In this document: piece after piece, positions 1 to 13,100 of the stretch
How positions within the stretch are numbered: the first letter of the stretch is position 1
Layout: the number at the start of each line of letters is the position of its first letter
Source: Phoronis australis
Lineage: Eukaryota; Animalia; Phoronida
Assembly: GCA_002633005.1 (NCBI GenBank)
Contig: NMRA01000378.1
Span: 234,886-298,885, forward strand
Length of the DNA: 64,000 nucleotides
Direction of reading: 5' to 3'
Notes under the pieces: generated by a model
Told to the model about the DNA's origin: nothing
The model's input: only the letters and a program-made list of their open reading frames with translations
Database searches by the model: none
Translations under genes and position numbers: made by a program

Positions 1-179
1 AGTTTGGGTACTTCAACAGTGGTCCAGCGACGCCTCCGCAACAATAGACAAACTTGAAATATCTTAAAGAACGTACGTTTCAAGGACCAAAATCGAGAAA
101 ATAGCGACAGTTTGGTGCATTTTCACACCTTGTTCCCGTGTCATAGAAGCAAAAAATCCCGTAAGAGCCTCGCGGGCCT

Positions 180-2190
180 TTATGTTGATGTGGGCTCATG
201 CAGAAACCCCTGGAAGTGTGTCCTGGAATAAAGCGTCATCCTGATTTTTGAAGAATTCTTATGTACTATCAGGTAACAATAACAAACATCTAACTAAGAG
301 ATCTTTCAATGGCTCTCACTATGAAAGTCAACGAACATGGACTTTCAAATACTGTAACTATGGGTGAATAATACATGTAGTTCCTTCCAGACCTCCATCT
401 GTTTGATCTGTTTACATGTTGGTTTTCCCCGCGGGACGCCAGTTCTAAACAGTGTCTGTCTGTCATGTACCTCCTCGTCCGGACTTTTGGATCAAAACAT
501 TCGATATTGCTCATAAAGCTTCCTTTCGCCTTTCAACAGCTTCCAGACGATCTAGCATTGGCGAGAAGTGGTGTTTTGTGCTGGAAACTGTCAATTTTGT
601 GATTTTGCCATCATTTTCGGAACCTAATTTGGGAAATAAAAGGACCAAAAATTATGTGTAGCAGTTTTGAGGTGAAACGTCTCTCATTGTTTCATTGTGT
701 TCATACAGTTTTCGTCAGAGTGGAAGAAAGACAGCGGTCGGTAGTATCCTGTATACACAGCCAAGCAAAATTCAATGCGAAGTGCACAATGCATCCTAAA
801 TCTCTGTCTTTGAGACGTTGTCTTCTCTAAGGTTATCGGTATATTTGTAGTAGCTGGCATGTTCAAACACAAACGTAAGAATCAAATTATTACTCCTGCA
901 CTTCAGTTTCCTCTGATCTCAGCGGGAAATGCAATGAAAAGATAATTGCGCACTGAGTTGAACTGACCAATTCATTTCCAGAAAGACGCTTGATTACAAC
1001 GTAGCGAAGCTCTAAACGATTCACCATCAACAGCGCAGAAACAACAGATGTAGCAATTGCCATTTACCGACAAATGTAACAAAATATTGGCGGACCGCAA
1101 ATGTAAAAAATCCCAAAAATAGAAATTGCATTTACGGTTGAAGTCGCCAGCCACCTTAACCCCTTGTGTCATNAATACGTCGCGCCAGTAGGAATTACCA
1201 ATTAGAGTTAACTTCGACTTAATAAAGTCATCTCCAAATGAAGCAAAATTCTTTAAGAACGGGTAGAGTGAGTACAGTAATTCACCACTTTTAGACGCAG
1301 GGCTTTCAAGATATCTTCGGGCCAGTGGTGTTTTGTGCTGGAAACTGTCAATTTTGTGATTTTGCCATCATTTTCGGAACCTAATTTGGGAAATAAAAGG
1401 ACCAAAAATTATGTGTAGCAGTTTTGAGGTGAAACGTCTCTCATTGTTTCATTGTGTTCATACAGTTTTCGTCAGAGTGGAAGAAAGACAGCGGTCGGTA
1501 GTATCCTGTATACACAGCCAAGCAAAATTCAATGCGAAGTGCACAATGCATCCTAAATCTCTGTCTTTGAGACGTTGTCTTCTCTAAGGTTATCGGTATA
1601 TTTGTAGTAGCTGGCATGTTCAAACACAAACGTAAGAATCAAATTATTACTCCTGCACTTCAGTTTCCTCTGATCTCAGCGGGAAATGCAATGAAAAGAT
1701 AATTGCGCACTGAGTTGAACTGACCAATTCATTTCCAGAAAGACGCTTGATTACAACGTAGCGAAGCTCTAAACGATTCACCATCAACAGCGCAGAAACA
1801 ACAGATGTAGCAATTGCCATTTACCGACAAATGTAACAAAATATTGGCGGACCGCAAATGTAAAAAATCCCAAAAATAGAAATTGCATTTACGGTTGAAG
1901 TCGCCAGCCACCTTAACCCCTTGTGTCATCACGATTAATTATCTGGTGTCGCGAATCGTATTAAAATTCCAATCGAAAGCCATGATACCAGCTCAATGGA
2001 ATTTTTACGCTTACAGGACTGTGGGATATACCTAGTCCACGTATCTGTTGATTCCAAATGCAAATGTACGTTATCCGCTTGAAATTGCGTGGCTGACGGA
2101 AGTCCCACAATCCATTGCAGATATCCCTTAGATATCCTACCACTCTTTAATCGTAAAAAGTCGAGAATGCAATTGTTGTTCGCTATCAAT
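180..2190 (-). pseudogene. Decayed ankyrin/SOCS-box (ASB-like) remnant A
   Basis: SOCS-box-like ESPCSLTFIVRAIERSL (346-296) followed in another frame by ...HFQGFL-stop(180). Upstream ankyrin-like NILLHLSVNGNCYIC and SCKRKNSIELVSWL. Confidence 0.4.
567..1929. repeat. 606-bp apparently identical direct duplication (567-1172 and 1324-1929) abutting an N; probable assembly overlap
   Basis: Two ORF pairs recur at offset 757; the first copy ends exactly at the N at 1173. Confidence 0.85.
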
Positions 2191-3059
2191 TCGACAAAAA
2201 ATTTTCAAATGCCACAAACTTGTTTTCTTTTATTACCATACATTCAGAGATACAATGTCGAACAGTAACATAGTGATTAAAGTAATACATAATACATAAC
2301 ACACCGATTAATACGTGGACAACACTGAAGTGGCAAATCCCGTGGTTTCATTTAGGAAACAGTAAGATTAAATTTGCCAATAACACGGTAATTCATAACA
2401 CCAGGGCTGAGTTGCATAGAGCTTCAAAAGTTATCGCTGGATAAGTTTGATCATTGTTACATGACGCCAGGTGCATTGTTCAGCAATAACAACGTGACAC
2501 TTGATAATGCGACGTTATTATTTCTATACGGCGTATAACTTTTATGCAACTGGGATTAGCTGTAAAATGCAATCCAGATCTGTGTACAGATTCATACAAT
2601 GTAGAGTTTATATGTTAAAACTACTCCCCGGACGATATTACAGCCCAAAGGTCGTGAGGTCGCACTTGTTCTGTGTAGTCGGTGGTCGCCATCATTTTTT
2701 AAAATGCATTGCACTTAAAATACACAGATACGCTAGTAAAAAGATTACAACATTGAACAGTGACAACTCAAAGAAGGAAAGTTTTCATTATTTTTTACTT
2801 TACAAAATATATTTCCCCAAATATGTTAAATCAGTATATATTTACTCACGACTTGCTGGCCTTCAGCCCATATAGTATACAGTAGACTTTTTATTTCTTC
2901 AAAAGTACACAGTTGCTTAGTACTAACATGGAAAATATGAAAAAATATATTTTAATAAGCTACCTTGAAAATCATGTCTTTACAGAACATAAACTTTTTA
3001 AATTTAAATAATGGTGACAAATGCGAGTTTTTTCTAAAGGCTATGTTCTCAAGTTTGGG

Positions 3060-3817
3060 GCAGAATTGATTAAACACACGACTCTTTTTGTTATTGACAG
3101 TCTTTATTCCGTTTCGTTCATATGTTCGGAATAAAACTCTTCACTCAACGGAACATCGATGAATTAACTGACCAAGAGACATGATTAAAAGGTACAAGAT
3201 ATTTCGAAACATACTTGTTTCATTCTCAAGAGCATACATGTAAGCTGGAGACATATACATTGGAACACCGCAGGTGTGAAATGCTGCAAAGAATGAAAAA
3301 TGAAGGGGGTAACAGGAAAGACACGCAAACAAGTGTAACGTGCGGCGCGACCCTGTTTGCTGCTCATTCAAAACAGGCTTCTCAAATGCAATCAAATGGG
3401 ACTCCAATACTTTCAATCGCAGCGCACCGTGCTGTACGTTCCGAATCGACGTGTTCTCCACAACTTGTTGATGGGTGATTTTACGTTTGTGACATTACAG
3501 AAAATGATCTTGGAAGGCGCCATTTTGTTTGCGTGACTTTCCGGTTACCCCCCCCCCCTTCATTTGTCACTCTTTGCAGTATTTCACACTTGCCGTGTTC
3601 CACTGTGTATGTCTCCAGATTATGTTCTGTGGTGGCATTACTGCGTCATTTTATTTCCACTTGAGAATGAAACATATATGCTTCGAAATACCGTGTACCT
3701 TTGGGTCAGTTACTTCATTAATGTTCCGTTGAGTGTAAAGTTTTACTCCGAATATACAAACGAAACGGTATGAATACTGTCAATAACGAAAAGTGTCGTG
3801 TGTTTAATCAATTCTGC
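3060..3817. mobile_element. Foldback/MITE-like element with ~270-290 bp diverged inverted arms
   Basis: 3060-3332 (gcagaattgattaaacacacgac...) is the reverse complement of 3525-3817 (...gtcgtgtgtttaatcaattctgc), with a ~190-bp spacer. Confidence 0.8.
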
Positions 3818-4481
3818 TTATAGGAAACCTTGCTCCCGAAGTACAGCCAAGTTTAGGGCACTGTAAAAGCCATTTTGGTGTTTCGATTTGCATGTGCCGT
3901 TTTCGAGTTCGCAATTTTAGTGTGACCAACCGCAAATTTCGAAGCGTTTTTTTCTCGAGTCGCTGATGGTTTCAATGTTCTCGGTGGAAATAGAATCCTA
4001 TTACTATTATATAAGGGATTTATGAGACCGTTGTTTTATGGTAAAAGGTCGATTTCGTTTTTCATTTTAGCAAGCTAAATAGGGTGAAATGCCGTTTTAA
4101 AGTCTGCCAAGAAAACTATAGACCCTATTCACGCCGACAGGAAGCGCGTTCCAAAACGAGGCTCGCTACGATAGCTCTGGTGCGCGTAGTTGTACTCCGC
4201 GTTGCTCGAACAGCTAGAAAAAAACGGACACTCAGCTGTCTGTTTTTCAATCCTTAAGGACGTTGGGATTCGGAAGCGTTGGGTCCTTGCGACGAAGGAA
4301 AATGTGTCCGTTTAAAATTTATAACTGTTTTCGAATCATAATTTGTCGCATCAACAACAAATTAAACCAGATGTGACTAATTGCACATGATAGCAAAATG
4401 CTATAAGCCAGCTATGTCTAATATATCGTCAACAATACGACCACATGACCTGGTTCGTGTAGAAAGCATTTTTATCAAGAA

Positions 4482-4487
4482 TTTATT
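4482..4487 (-). promoter_or_regulatory. Candidate polyadenylation signal of the LRR-Ig gene
   Basis: AATAAA on the minus strand (tttatt on plus) about 200 nt downstream of the stop codon. Confidence 0.35.
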
Positions 4488-4690
4488 AGAAGATACCTAA
4501 CCCTGCATTCAGCATGATACCTAATCCGTAACATTACGATCGCCGCAATTTGGTCATGTTTACTTTTCATGTTTCGAACCTAGTTTTCCGGAAAAAAACT
4601 TATATCCATTCGTCATACAACTTTTTGGTGCATTGACTTGTTTTTAAACGGATTTTTCTACGTCTCTGTGGTTAATTATTGACACATTTT

Positions 4691-7492
4691 TTAAGATTTA
4701 ATATTCAGGTTTGACTCCAAAGACAGGCCATTTAACTCATTCCCGCTTTGTTTATCGCAGTGAACCTTGCTTTGGATTTTAATGTCCGCCGCGTGAATTG
4801 AGTCTATTACAACAGTAAACAACACTAACAGTACGCAATGTAAGCTGTAAGTGGCGCGACCATCACTCGAAGAGCTCGTTCCTGCAACAGATGAATTGAA
4901 TGAAAATGATATATTGTTGTAGTGCGACTTAAAGCCAACCATGTTAATTGCCGAACAGGTGTACATTCCGTTTATGAAGCGATCAACGGGAAAAGTGAGT
5001 GATGCAACCGTTCTGAGATCAGACGCGTTAGTTGAAGGTAAAGAAGTTGTCAACTTTTGTAATGGGTTGTACAGTGAGATTGCTGGCGAGGGGTCACCGC
5101 TTGAAACGCATTGGATGGTTACGTATGTTTTGGTAACTAGGACATCTATTTCAGGTTTGGAGGGTTGTTGGCACGTCATGTTGACGTCCAGAAAAGATTG
5201 CAGGGTTGGTTTGTTTTCTACAGGGGAAGAACATCGCGGAATGTCATAACTGTAATGATTTTCTACCTGATGCCTGGCGCTCAGCTTCACCCATTGCTGC
5301 AGGTGAACGAGACGGCAATTACAGTGCAGAGGATTTTTGGCAACGAGGAAAGCCGAAAGGATATTGGTAACTAGTCTGTATATAATGGGCTGTGGCAGAG
5401 TAGTTAGTCGGTTGTCACTGATGTCCAGTATTCTCAGTGTGGACATTCTAGAAATGGCCAACGGTTCAATGACTTCAATACGGTTGTTATTAAGAGTCAA
5501 CACTTGCAATTCAGTAAGTGGTCCGAAAACGTCTTCTTTGATCTCTCGAATACTATTGCTGGATAAATCGAGAAACTTGAGAAATATCTGGTTGTCAAAT
5601 GTCCCTTGGTGTAACTCTTCGATTTTTGATTCTCTTATGTTCAGTTTTTGTAAAAATCCTAAGCCAGAAAACATGCTCTTTGTACACCGCAGTATGGTGT
5701 TGTGGTTAATACTTAGCACCGCAGCATTAAGCGTAGGGTCAAAGCTATCATCTTCTATTTTTGATATCCTGTTGAAATTCAGCATAATAACACTAAGGGA
5801 ACTTCCGTTAAAAACGCCGGGAATTATCTTCTTTATCAAATTGTTGTCAAGGTTGATGGTCGTGAGCAAATTTAATGGTTCGAAAGTCCCTCGTTCAATC
5901 TTTGCAATCCTGTTGTTTTTCACCACAAGAATACGCAATGACGAAAGTCCAGCTAACATTTTTCCCGACAGTCGCGTAAGATTATTTCGTGAAAGATCTA
6001 ACGACTCAAGTTTACCGCAACGTTTGAATGGCTGGTCGTCTAGGCGTGTAATACCGCTGTTTCTTAATTCAAGACTTCGTAGATTGGGAAGGTGTATTGG
6101 AAGTGATGCCGATATAATGCCCCTTTCACACTTAATTTTCATCGCCAATATGAGTACGTTCGCTAACGATATCGTGTGCTGAATATCATCAACTCGACTA
6201 AGATCAACATTAAGTTTCCGAGCTTGAGGAGACCATGTTCCTGAAATGTAAGTGATTGGATTAGCATCGATGTCTAGGAAATCCAAACTCTGTGATCCAT
6301 GCAGTGTGTTGGGCTTGAAATGTACAATATTGTTACCTTGTAGGTAAAGTGTCCTTAAACGCCCCAAATTCGCGAAGGATAATTCCTCTATGATGGCAAT
6401 TTTGTTACCAGTCAACCGCAACTCTTGAAGTTCAAACAAGCCGCGAAAAGCTCTACTCGTGATAATTGTTAAACAGTTGCTCTGGAGAGACAGGAAACGG
6501 AGGCGAGATGCTAACTGAAATGTGGAGTCCTCAATAATTTCTATTTGGTTGTTTTCAATGGACGCCGACACCAATGTTCCACTACATTGAAACATGCCTT
6601 TAGTCAAATTTCGAAGAAGGTTGTCAGAAATATAAAGTCGTGTTACCGCTGGCATTCGGCAAAAGGTTCCAGTGTGGATACTGGAAAGTTTATTTGAATT
6701 TAGCTTAAGATGATATAGTGACTTGTAAAAATCAAGCTGCAGTCCTGAGAGCTCGTGTAAGTCATTCGAACTCAAATCCAAAACGCGTATGGATTCTGGG
6801 ATTGTCCATGTTTGGACTGTGCACAGTTCGTTGCCATGAAAATTTAAATTGGCCAGTTGACCCAGATCCTCAAAAACACCTTCGTCAATTTGAGATATTT
6901 TATTACTCTCCATTTTCAGTGATTTTAATGCCGGTAGTTGTCGAAATGTTCCGTTGACCAATCTTGATATGCAGTTTCCCGAGAGATCGAGGGTGGTCAA
7001 GTTATACAATTTACTCGCGAAAGTCTCTCCATCCAGAGCAGTTATTTTGTTGTGATTCAATTCCAAGTTGACCAACTGCGGTGTTGACGCGAAGGCACCG
7101 CTTGGTAAATCACATATCTTGTTTCCACTGATACGTAAATACTTTAGCTTGAACAAGCCAGCAAACGTTGTCTTCGTTATTCTAGTGATTCTGTTGAACT
7201 CAAGAAAAAGACCGGTCAATTCACCCATGGCAAGGAAAAGGTTGTCAGCGATACTAGTCAGCTTGTTGTATCCCAGTAATAAGCTGGTGACGTTAGACGC
7301 TGACGCAAACGTGTTTGGTAAGATACGCCTGATACCGCATTTCTTTAACACAAAAACTTCTTTCCTTGCTACCGCTGGAAGATCGTCTCGAGACAACACA
7401 CCGTCACTATCGTCAATATTCAAGGGACACATTACGCGAACGGCGTAAGCAAGCCAAACTTTGAAGACAAGACTTACTAGCACTAGTTTCAT
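4691..7492 (-). CDS. Intronless LRR + Ig (LIG-type) cell-surface protein, ~933 aa: signal peptide, ~27 LRRs, LRRCT, one Ig domain, C-terminal hydrophobic segment and short tail
   Basis: 964-aa ORF. The track start at 7585 is GTG; the ATG at 7492 has ACCATG context and begins a signal peptide (MKLVLVSLVFKVWLAYA). Regular LxxLxLxxNxI 24-aa repeats, LRRCT NPLHCNCRL...RCSSP...TC, Ig motifs IQCVSSGDPSP and GMYTCSAIN, then YSLHCVLLVLFTVVI. Confidence 0.92.
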   Translation of the reverse strand: MKLVLVSLVFKVWLAYAVRVMCPLNIDDSDGVLSRDDLPAVARKEVFVLKKCGIRRILPNTFASASNVTSLLLGYNKLTSIADNLFLAMGELTGLFLEFNRITRITKTTFAGLFKLKYLRISGNKICDLPSGAFASTPQLVNLELNHNKITALDGETFASKLYNLTTLDLSGNCISRLVNGTFRQLPALKSLKMESNKISQIDEGVFEDLGQLANLNFHGNELCTVQTWTIPESIRVLDLSSNDLHELSGLQLDFYKSLYHLKLNSNKLSSIHTGTFCRMPAVTRLYISDNLLRNLTKGMFQCSGTLVSASIENNQIEIIEDSTFQLASRLRFLSLQSNCLTIITSRAFRGLFELQELRLTGNKIAIIEELSFANLGRLRTLYLQGNNIVHFKPNTLHGSQSLDFLDIDANPITYISGTWSPQARKLNVDLSRVDDIQHTISLANVLILAMKIKCERGIISASLPIHLPNLRSLELRNSGITRLDDQPFKRCGKLESLDLSRNNLTRLSGKMLAGLSSLRILVVKNNRIAKIERGTFEPLNLLTTINLDNNLIKKIIPGVFNGSSLSVIMLNFNRISKIEDDSFDPTLNAAVLSINHNTILRCTKSMFSGLGFLQKLNIRESKIEELHQGTFDNQIFLKFLDLSSNSIREIKEDVFGPLTELQVLTLNNNRIEVIEPLAISRMSTLRILDISDNRLTTLPQPIIYRLVTNILSAFLVAKNPLHCNCRLVHLQQWVKLSARHQVENHYSYDIPRCSSPVENKPTLQSFLDVNMTCQQPSKPEIDVLVTKTYVTIQCVSSGDPSPAISLYNPLQKLTTSLPSTNASDLRTVASLTFPVDRFINGMYTCSAINMVGFKSHYNNISFSFNSSVAGTSSSSDGRATYSLHCVLLVLFTVVIDSIHAADIKIQSKVHCDKQSGNELNGLSLESNLNIKS

Positions 7493-9061
7493 GGTTGGTC
7501 GAGTGCCGTGTGAATCTAACATGGGGTGTTGCAGTTTATATTGTGTAGATGTCTTCAGTGTGAAAAACATGCTTAGCGCTCGCACTCAGTCAAACAAAAC
7601 TTGATAAATCGCCTTCTTATTATTTATTGACTATAAAGTTATGTTAGAAACAAGTAATAAAAAGACACAATCAACCAAAACTGTTATTGGTCACTGTTTG
7701 GGGAATCCCAAGGTACAGTATTTATATTGTTCAAGTTTCTACATATTGCGCTGTGGCCGAACTTGGAAGTCCACTGCTTCCAGATATAGTGCTTTGCAAT
7801 TTCTGGGTTTGTCATTATTTCCTTGTATGCTCCGTGTAATTTCCATATAACCTTTAAAAACAAAAAAGATGTCTCCCGCTTACTACTCGTATGACGATCG
7901 CTAACGAGGTTTCACCCCTGAACCTTGTAAATACATGTACATGTATTTGTTAGTTGCACTTGCCTCTCCTCGCCTCTTCTTGCAGCCAATATAACAGTTG
8001 CCACTCCGAACATAAAACTGCTGTTCCATTGAGTAGTCGAAAATGGACAATTTTGGAGCAGAATCTGTGGAATGGAAATCAGAAGAAATTCCCGGTGTGG
8101 GGGCAAACTTCTACCACTACTACTTGAGTGTGATGGTGCTCATAAAATCAGTCCCGTTTGTTCTTAAGGAACCATGAAAAAGCTAGCTCGGTTGTACTGT
8201 ATTTTGCTTCCTTATGGGCCTACCTTAAAACAGTACTAATCAGTCCTCAACAATCTTGCTTTACATGTACTTTTTTTTGAAAGATGTAATCATGCAATAC
8301 AGGCCCGTAGCCAGCAATGAGTGGGGTGGTTCGATTTTCTAGAACGGTGGACCTTCGATAATTCGCAAACGTCGAAACTATTACGATAATACCCTTGACG
8401 CAGCATATAACGACGACTCACAACTCTATGTTCCTGAGATGAGACGGAATTTGTAATACCATATATGAGGATGCTGTGACGGTTGCTCACAAAGAACGGG
8501 ACTTGAATTCTGATTTAATGTGGTCTAGAAAGAGAACGTTCTCGCGTTACCTCCTGTCAAAATTTCAAATCAGGCGTGCTTAAGTGAGTGATTACACCTC
8601 ATTACATACTCGGACGGAAATATGAAGTCGGAGATTGACTTGAAGAAATTGTTTATCTGGTTGTATTTTTACATGTTACTTAACTTGCTTACATCGCTGG
8701 AAGGTTCACTACTTTGAAGGTTCACTGCTCCGAATATCTACATTTCGGACACAGGTGAAATTTTTATATTTTATATGCAAAAATAAACGATACTTCGGTT
8801 ATTAGATGCACTGAGTAAAGTACCTGTACCGAAAACAATGCCCGGGTACTATAAAAACTTTGTTTGGATTTCATGCGCATGCGAAATTGCCTGCATGTCT
8901 TACGAATACACCTGTACGTAAAAATGAGTATGTGTAAAAGAATATGAAGTAAGAATATTGATGAATTATAAACCACGTATGCTATCTTATTGATTTTTGC
9001 GTTCACGGGTGTAAAAAGGCAGACAGCTAGTACTTAAAGAGCACGGGAGTTATACAGCACA

Positions 9062-9579
9062 ATGGGGTGGCTCTGAAATCAGCATGAAGGTCTCAAAAAA
9101 TGACTGAAAACGTAAAATTGTTTTTGACTGATGCGTTCAATGACGGCATGAAAACTGGTCAGTAAAGCGATCCAGTGGTGTGTTCTCAACAAAGGAGAAC
9201 TGCAAAAAGGCAATGGCCTGATGCGGTTTGCACCAGGAGCCAGAATGCCTCTCATCAAAGCAAATCGGAAACTTCTTTACAAGACTTGTGGTTCAGCAGA
9301 AGCACAGAGCATACAGCTGAGACTCTGATGAAGATAATGCCACTATTGCACAGGCAATCAAAATTATTGAGATGCATGCTTGTGTGTTTGACCTAATGGT
9401 GGTGTTCCACCCTATAAGGCTTCAGAACTTTGATTTGTGTCACCTGTCACAAGTTGGAGGTAGCAGACTTACAGGCTGCTTGCCAGTATTTGGGTATCAC
9501 TGTTCCTTCACAGTTGAAATGGAAGTACATAATCATATAACTACTGGAATGTCTTGAGAAATGTCCGTGCAGATCATAA
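9062..9579 (+). mobile_element. Degraded C-terminal region of a large invertebrate DNA-transposon protein (possibly Sola3-type)
   Basis: Frameshifted translation GW(A)LK...MTENVKLFLTDAFNDGMKTGQ*SDPVV...ECLSSKQIGNFFTRL...HPIRLQNFDLC...LQAACQYLGI...CLEKCPC. This resembles the GWALK / TGxKxDP / QIxSFFSRL / HPI..LC / CxC motif series I recall from such proteins; the superfamily is uncertain. Confidence 0.55.
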
Positions 9580-10139
9580 TCATCAGTGTTTATGTATTCT
9601 TGTTGTACACCTTATGCTGTATCTATTACTATGAGGTTATTTTGCAAGTGAGTTTGATTCAATGATATTTTCAGTAAAATTATTTCTCACGCCTAGAATG
9701 ACCCTTTAATTGTCGTTTCCAGGTTATTTCTATACATCAATATACAGTGCAAGCCAAAAGTATTCAGACAAAATAACTGGAATTTATTGCCATGACAGTT
9801 GGGGCAAAAGTAACATTTGTCAACAAAGTGTTCTTTCTTTGTGATGGAGGGGAAACAGGAAAGCTAGTGTGGTGGCTTAGTTATTCTGTAATTAGCCGTC
9901 GTTATAGTTATTACCAGTCATTTTTGCATTAACAGGCCTAGCCGCAACGGGGCAAAGATTATATTGTCAAATTACTTTTGCCTTGTTCTTTGTACACATT
10001 ACGCTGTCATCCCTGTCTTTGTGTGGCACTTGCTGCTGCATCTGCAAAACCTTGGTGAATGTGAAATTTTATAGTTGGGGTGACACACGGGAATTGTGGG
10101 ATGTATTTGACTACCACTGTGCCCCAGTGGCAACTTTAC

Positions 10140-13100
10140 TTTTATGCGCCCACATATTTAATTGTGAATGCATTTTGCCGTCATCTGAGTCCGTCCAGCG
10201 GGCGGCGTCCGTGGTCCGGCGTCCGGCGTCCGGCGTCCGCTGCTCTGTCTCCAAAACCGTTTGACGTACGTTCATGAAATTTTGCACATGTGTTTCTTTC
10301 GTTGGTTGGACGGCATGAGCGAACTTTCGGACGGATCCGATTACCGGTGTGCCCCCTAGTGGCAATTTTATGTTTTTGCATTTACCTCTGTATCTTCAAA
10401 GGTCCTTGACATATTTTCATAAAATTTAGTATATAGGCATTTATTAGTAAGACGACGGCATCCTGCCGTTTTCGGATGGATTCGACGTAGTTTGCGCCAC
10501 CTAGTGGCCATTTTTACTGTTTTCGAGTCTGTTTTTGATGTGCACCCCTCTATCAACCAAACTGCTCTAAGTATGATTGTGAAAATTGGCATGTATGTTC
10601 TTACTATGAAGAAGACGGCGGACGATGATTTTCCGACGACTTCGACTACTGTGGCGCCTCCTAGTGGCAGTTTTGTTGTTTTGCGCCTTTGGCTATATCT
10701 CCTAAACCGTTTGCAGCATTTTTACTAAATTTAGTAAATGCATTTATAGGAAGTTGACAATAGGCGACGACGACTTTCGGACAGATCGGACAACGGGTGT
10801 GCCACCTAGTGGCAATTTTATTTTTTTTACGTTTACCTCTGTATCTTCAAATGTCATCAATGTAATTTCATAAAATTTGGCGTACAGGCTTCTGTTAGTG
10901 AAGTGACGCTATCTTTCCCTATTCAGAAGGATTCGACCTAGTTTGCGCCACCTAGTGGCCATTTTTACTGTTTTTGAATCTGTTTTCTGGCGTCCACTCT
11001 TCTATCAACCAAACCGCATTCAGGATAATAGCGAAAATTTACATGTATGTTTTTACTATGAAGTGGATCACTGACGATGATTTTCCGATGACTTCAACTA
11101 CTGTGGCGTCTCCTAGTGACAGTTTCTTTTTTCGCCCATGGCTGTATTTCTTAAACCGTGTGCAGGATTTTTACATAATTTAAAGAAGAATGCCACCCGA
11201 TTTAATTAGTCTTTTTGTGCCGTCTTAATCGGTCTATATCCACATCGCCTCGCATACGGTCGACCTTATCTTGCCAAGAGGGGTCGCGTTAACCTGTGAG
11301 GAAGGTGAGAAACTACGCTAGCGACGTCAGTGGTCCATATGCAGAGTGAATGCCGCTATGTTGCAGTGCATCGTTCCCGCTTGTCCGAACTAAGCAGCTG
11401 CGAGGAAAGCGGGTATATCGTTTGTTTTTTTTACTTCTTCGAGAGTCCGAAATGCTTAGGAAATGGCTCATCGTATAGAAGAATGAAGTTTATGCTGTAA
11501 ATAGCAAGTATGAGGCCGTGAAACATCTCCGTGTCTGTGGTCTGCAGACGTCGACAGTGCCTGACGATTGCCGGCTTACAAAATAACTCCATACGTTCCG
11601 TTGTCTGAACATATTCACGGTACCTCTCTAGTATTTCTTCATCACTGTATTCCTGTTCGAATTGATAGCCTGTAAAACTTAAAGATCCACCTGCGAAGTC
11701 GGGAGTGATGAGCTCTAGCTAGTCCTAAGTCGGGATTGCAAATTGCCATGTTGGCGTTTATTACTGAGCGTTCTGTTTCAAAATGAATTATTCTCACCCT
11801 AACCAATAGTTATATAAAACTGAAACAAAGTCTGTCTCATTACATGCAATTTGTAATACATTTGGAGTGTTCGTGAGTGCAAATGATTTGAGAAGCCAGC
11901 AATGAATAAATCACTGCGTTACCGGCTTTACGGAACACCGAGGCCGTTTGAGCTTATGCTAATTTATTGTTTGCTGGCAGAAACTTTTGTGAAACAACTC
12001 GATTTCCATCCCACGGCCAGGTGTTGGGGAAATCTTTATTTACATTTACATTACTTAAATAATGATGGTCAATGTACATGTACAACTTCTGCCCTGAAGG
12101 TGCTGTGGCCAAAGCGGAACCTGAATTTGCGGCCCCCGGACGAGAAAGTAGATTTGCAGTTTCGTTGCTAATTCACCAACATAATCACGTGCACATTACT
12201 TTGGTTCACTAGTGTAGTATTTTCTTGACTGGAAGTTTAGTTTCCACTGAACTTTGGCTGGTTTATGTTCGGGATGTCTGATCAGTTTCCGAGCCACTGG
12301 ACGCCGGGGATAACGAGTCAATCCGGTCGGCCGCGACGGGCCTGATCGGGCTCCGAGCCACCAATAAATCCGTAAGAGCGAAATAAAACAACACGTTTTT
12401 ATAAGAACTCGATGTATTTTTAAGGGTTTTACATCGAAGTTTGATGATTTATTGGTGTTAAACTATGACTTCAAGCGATAAGTCGACACCAGTAACCCGT
12501 ACAGACTGCGTGTGAAACCGATGACATCATTGGATAATTTTAATACCTCCGTCTGCCGTCAGGTGTCAGGTAACGCAACCGTACGTNGTTGGCAATTTTA
12601 GTTTTTACGTTTACCTCTGTATCTTCAAAGGTCCTCAACAGATTTTCATAAAATTTTGAATAAAGACATCTATTGGTTTGATGATGCTATCCTCCCGTTT
12701 TAGGATGGAAGCAAGGTACTTTACACCACTTAGAGGCCATTTTTCCTCTTTTCCTCGTCTACCTCTCTATAAATCAAATCATTCTAAGGATGGTATCGAA
12801 AACTGGCGTATATGTTCTCAGTGTGAAGATGACTGTTGATGATGACGACTTTGACTACTCTGTCACTTCCTAGTGGTAGTTTTGTTTAATTTTGTGCCCA
12901 TAGCTGCCTTTCCTAAACCCACTACAGGATCTTTATTAAATTTTGTAAGTTTATTTATACGAAGCTAATAACACTGAGACAATGACGACTTTCAGGCGGT
13001 CCAATGAATAGTGTGTCCCCTAGTGGTAATTTCATTTCATTCTGTTTTCCTTTGTTTCTCTGAGGTTTCATGACCAATGTCTATGAAATTTGGTGTTTAG

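Noticed and set aside
567-1929. Recent biological tandem duplication
   Set aside because: Copies appear identical and end at a single-N contig join; most likely an assembly overlap.
5337-6182. 281-aa plus-strand ORF (and 4941-5249, 7068-7448)
   Set aside because: Antisense shadows of the LRR CDS; no recognisable motifs.
4691-7585. Toll-like receptor call; start at 7585
   Set aside because: No TIR domain, and an Ig domain follows the LRRCT. 7585 is GTG, whereas ATG 7492 gives a signal peptide.
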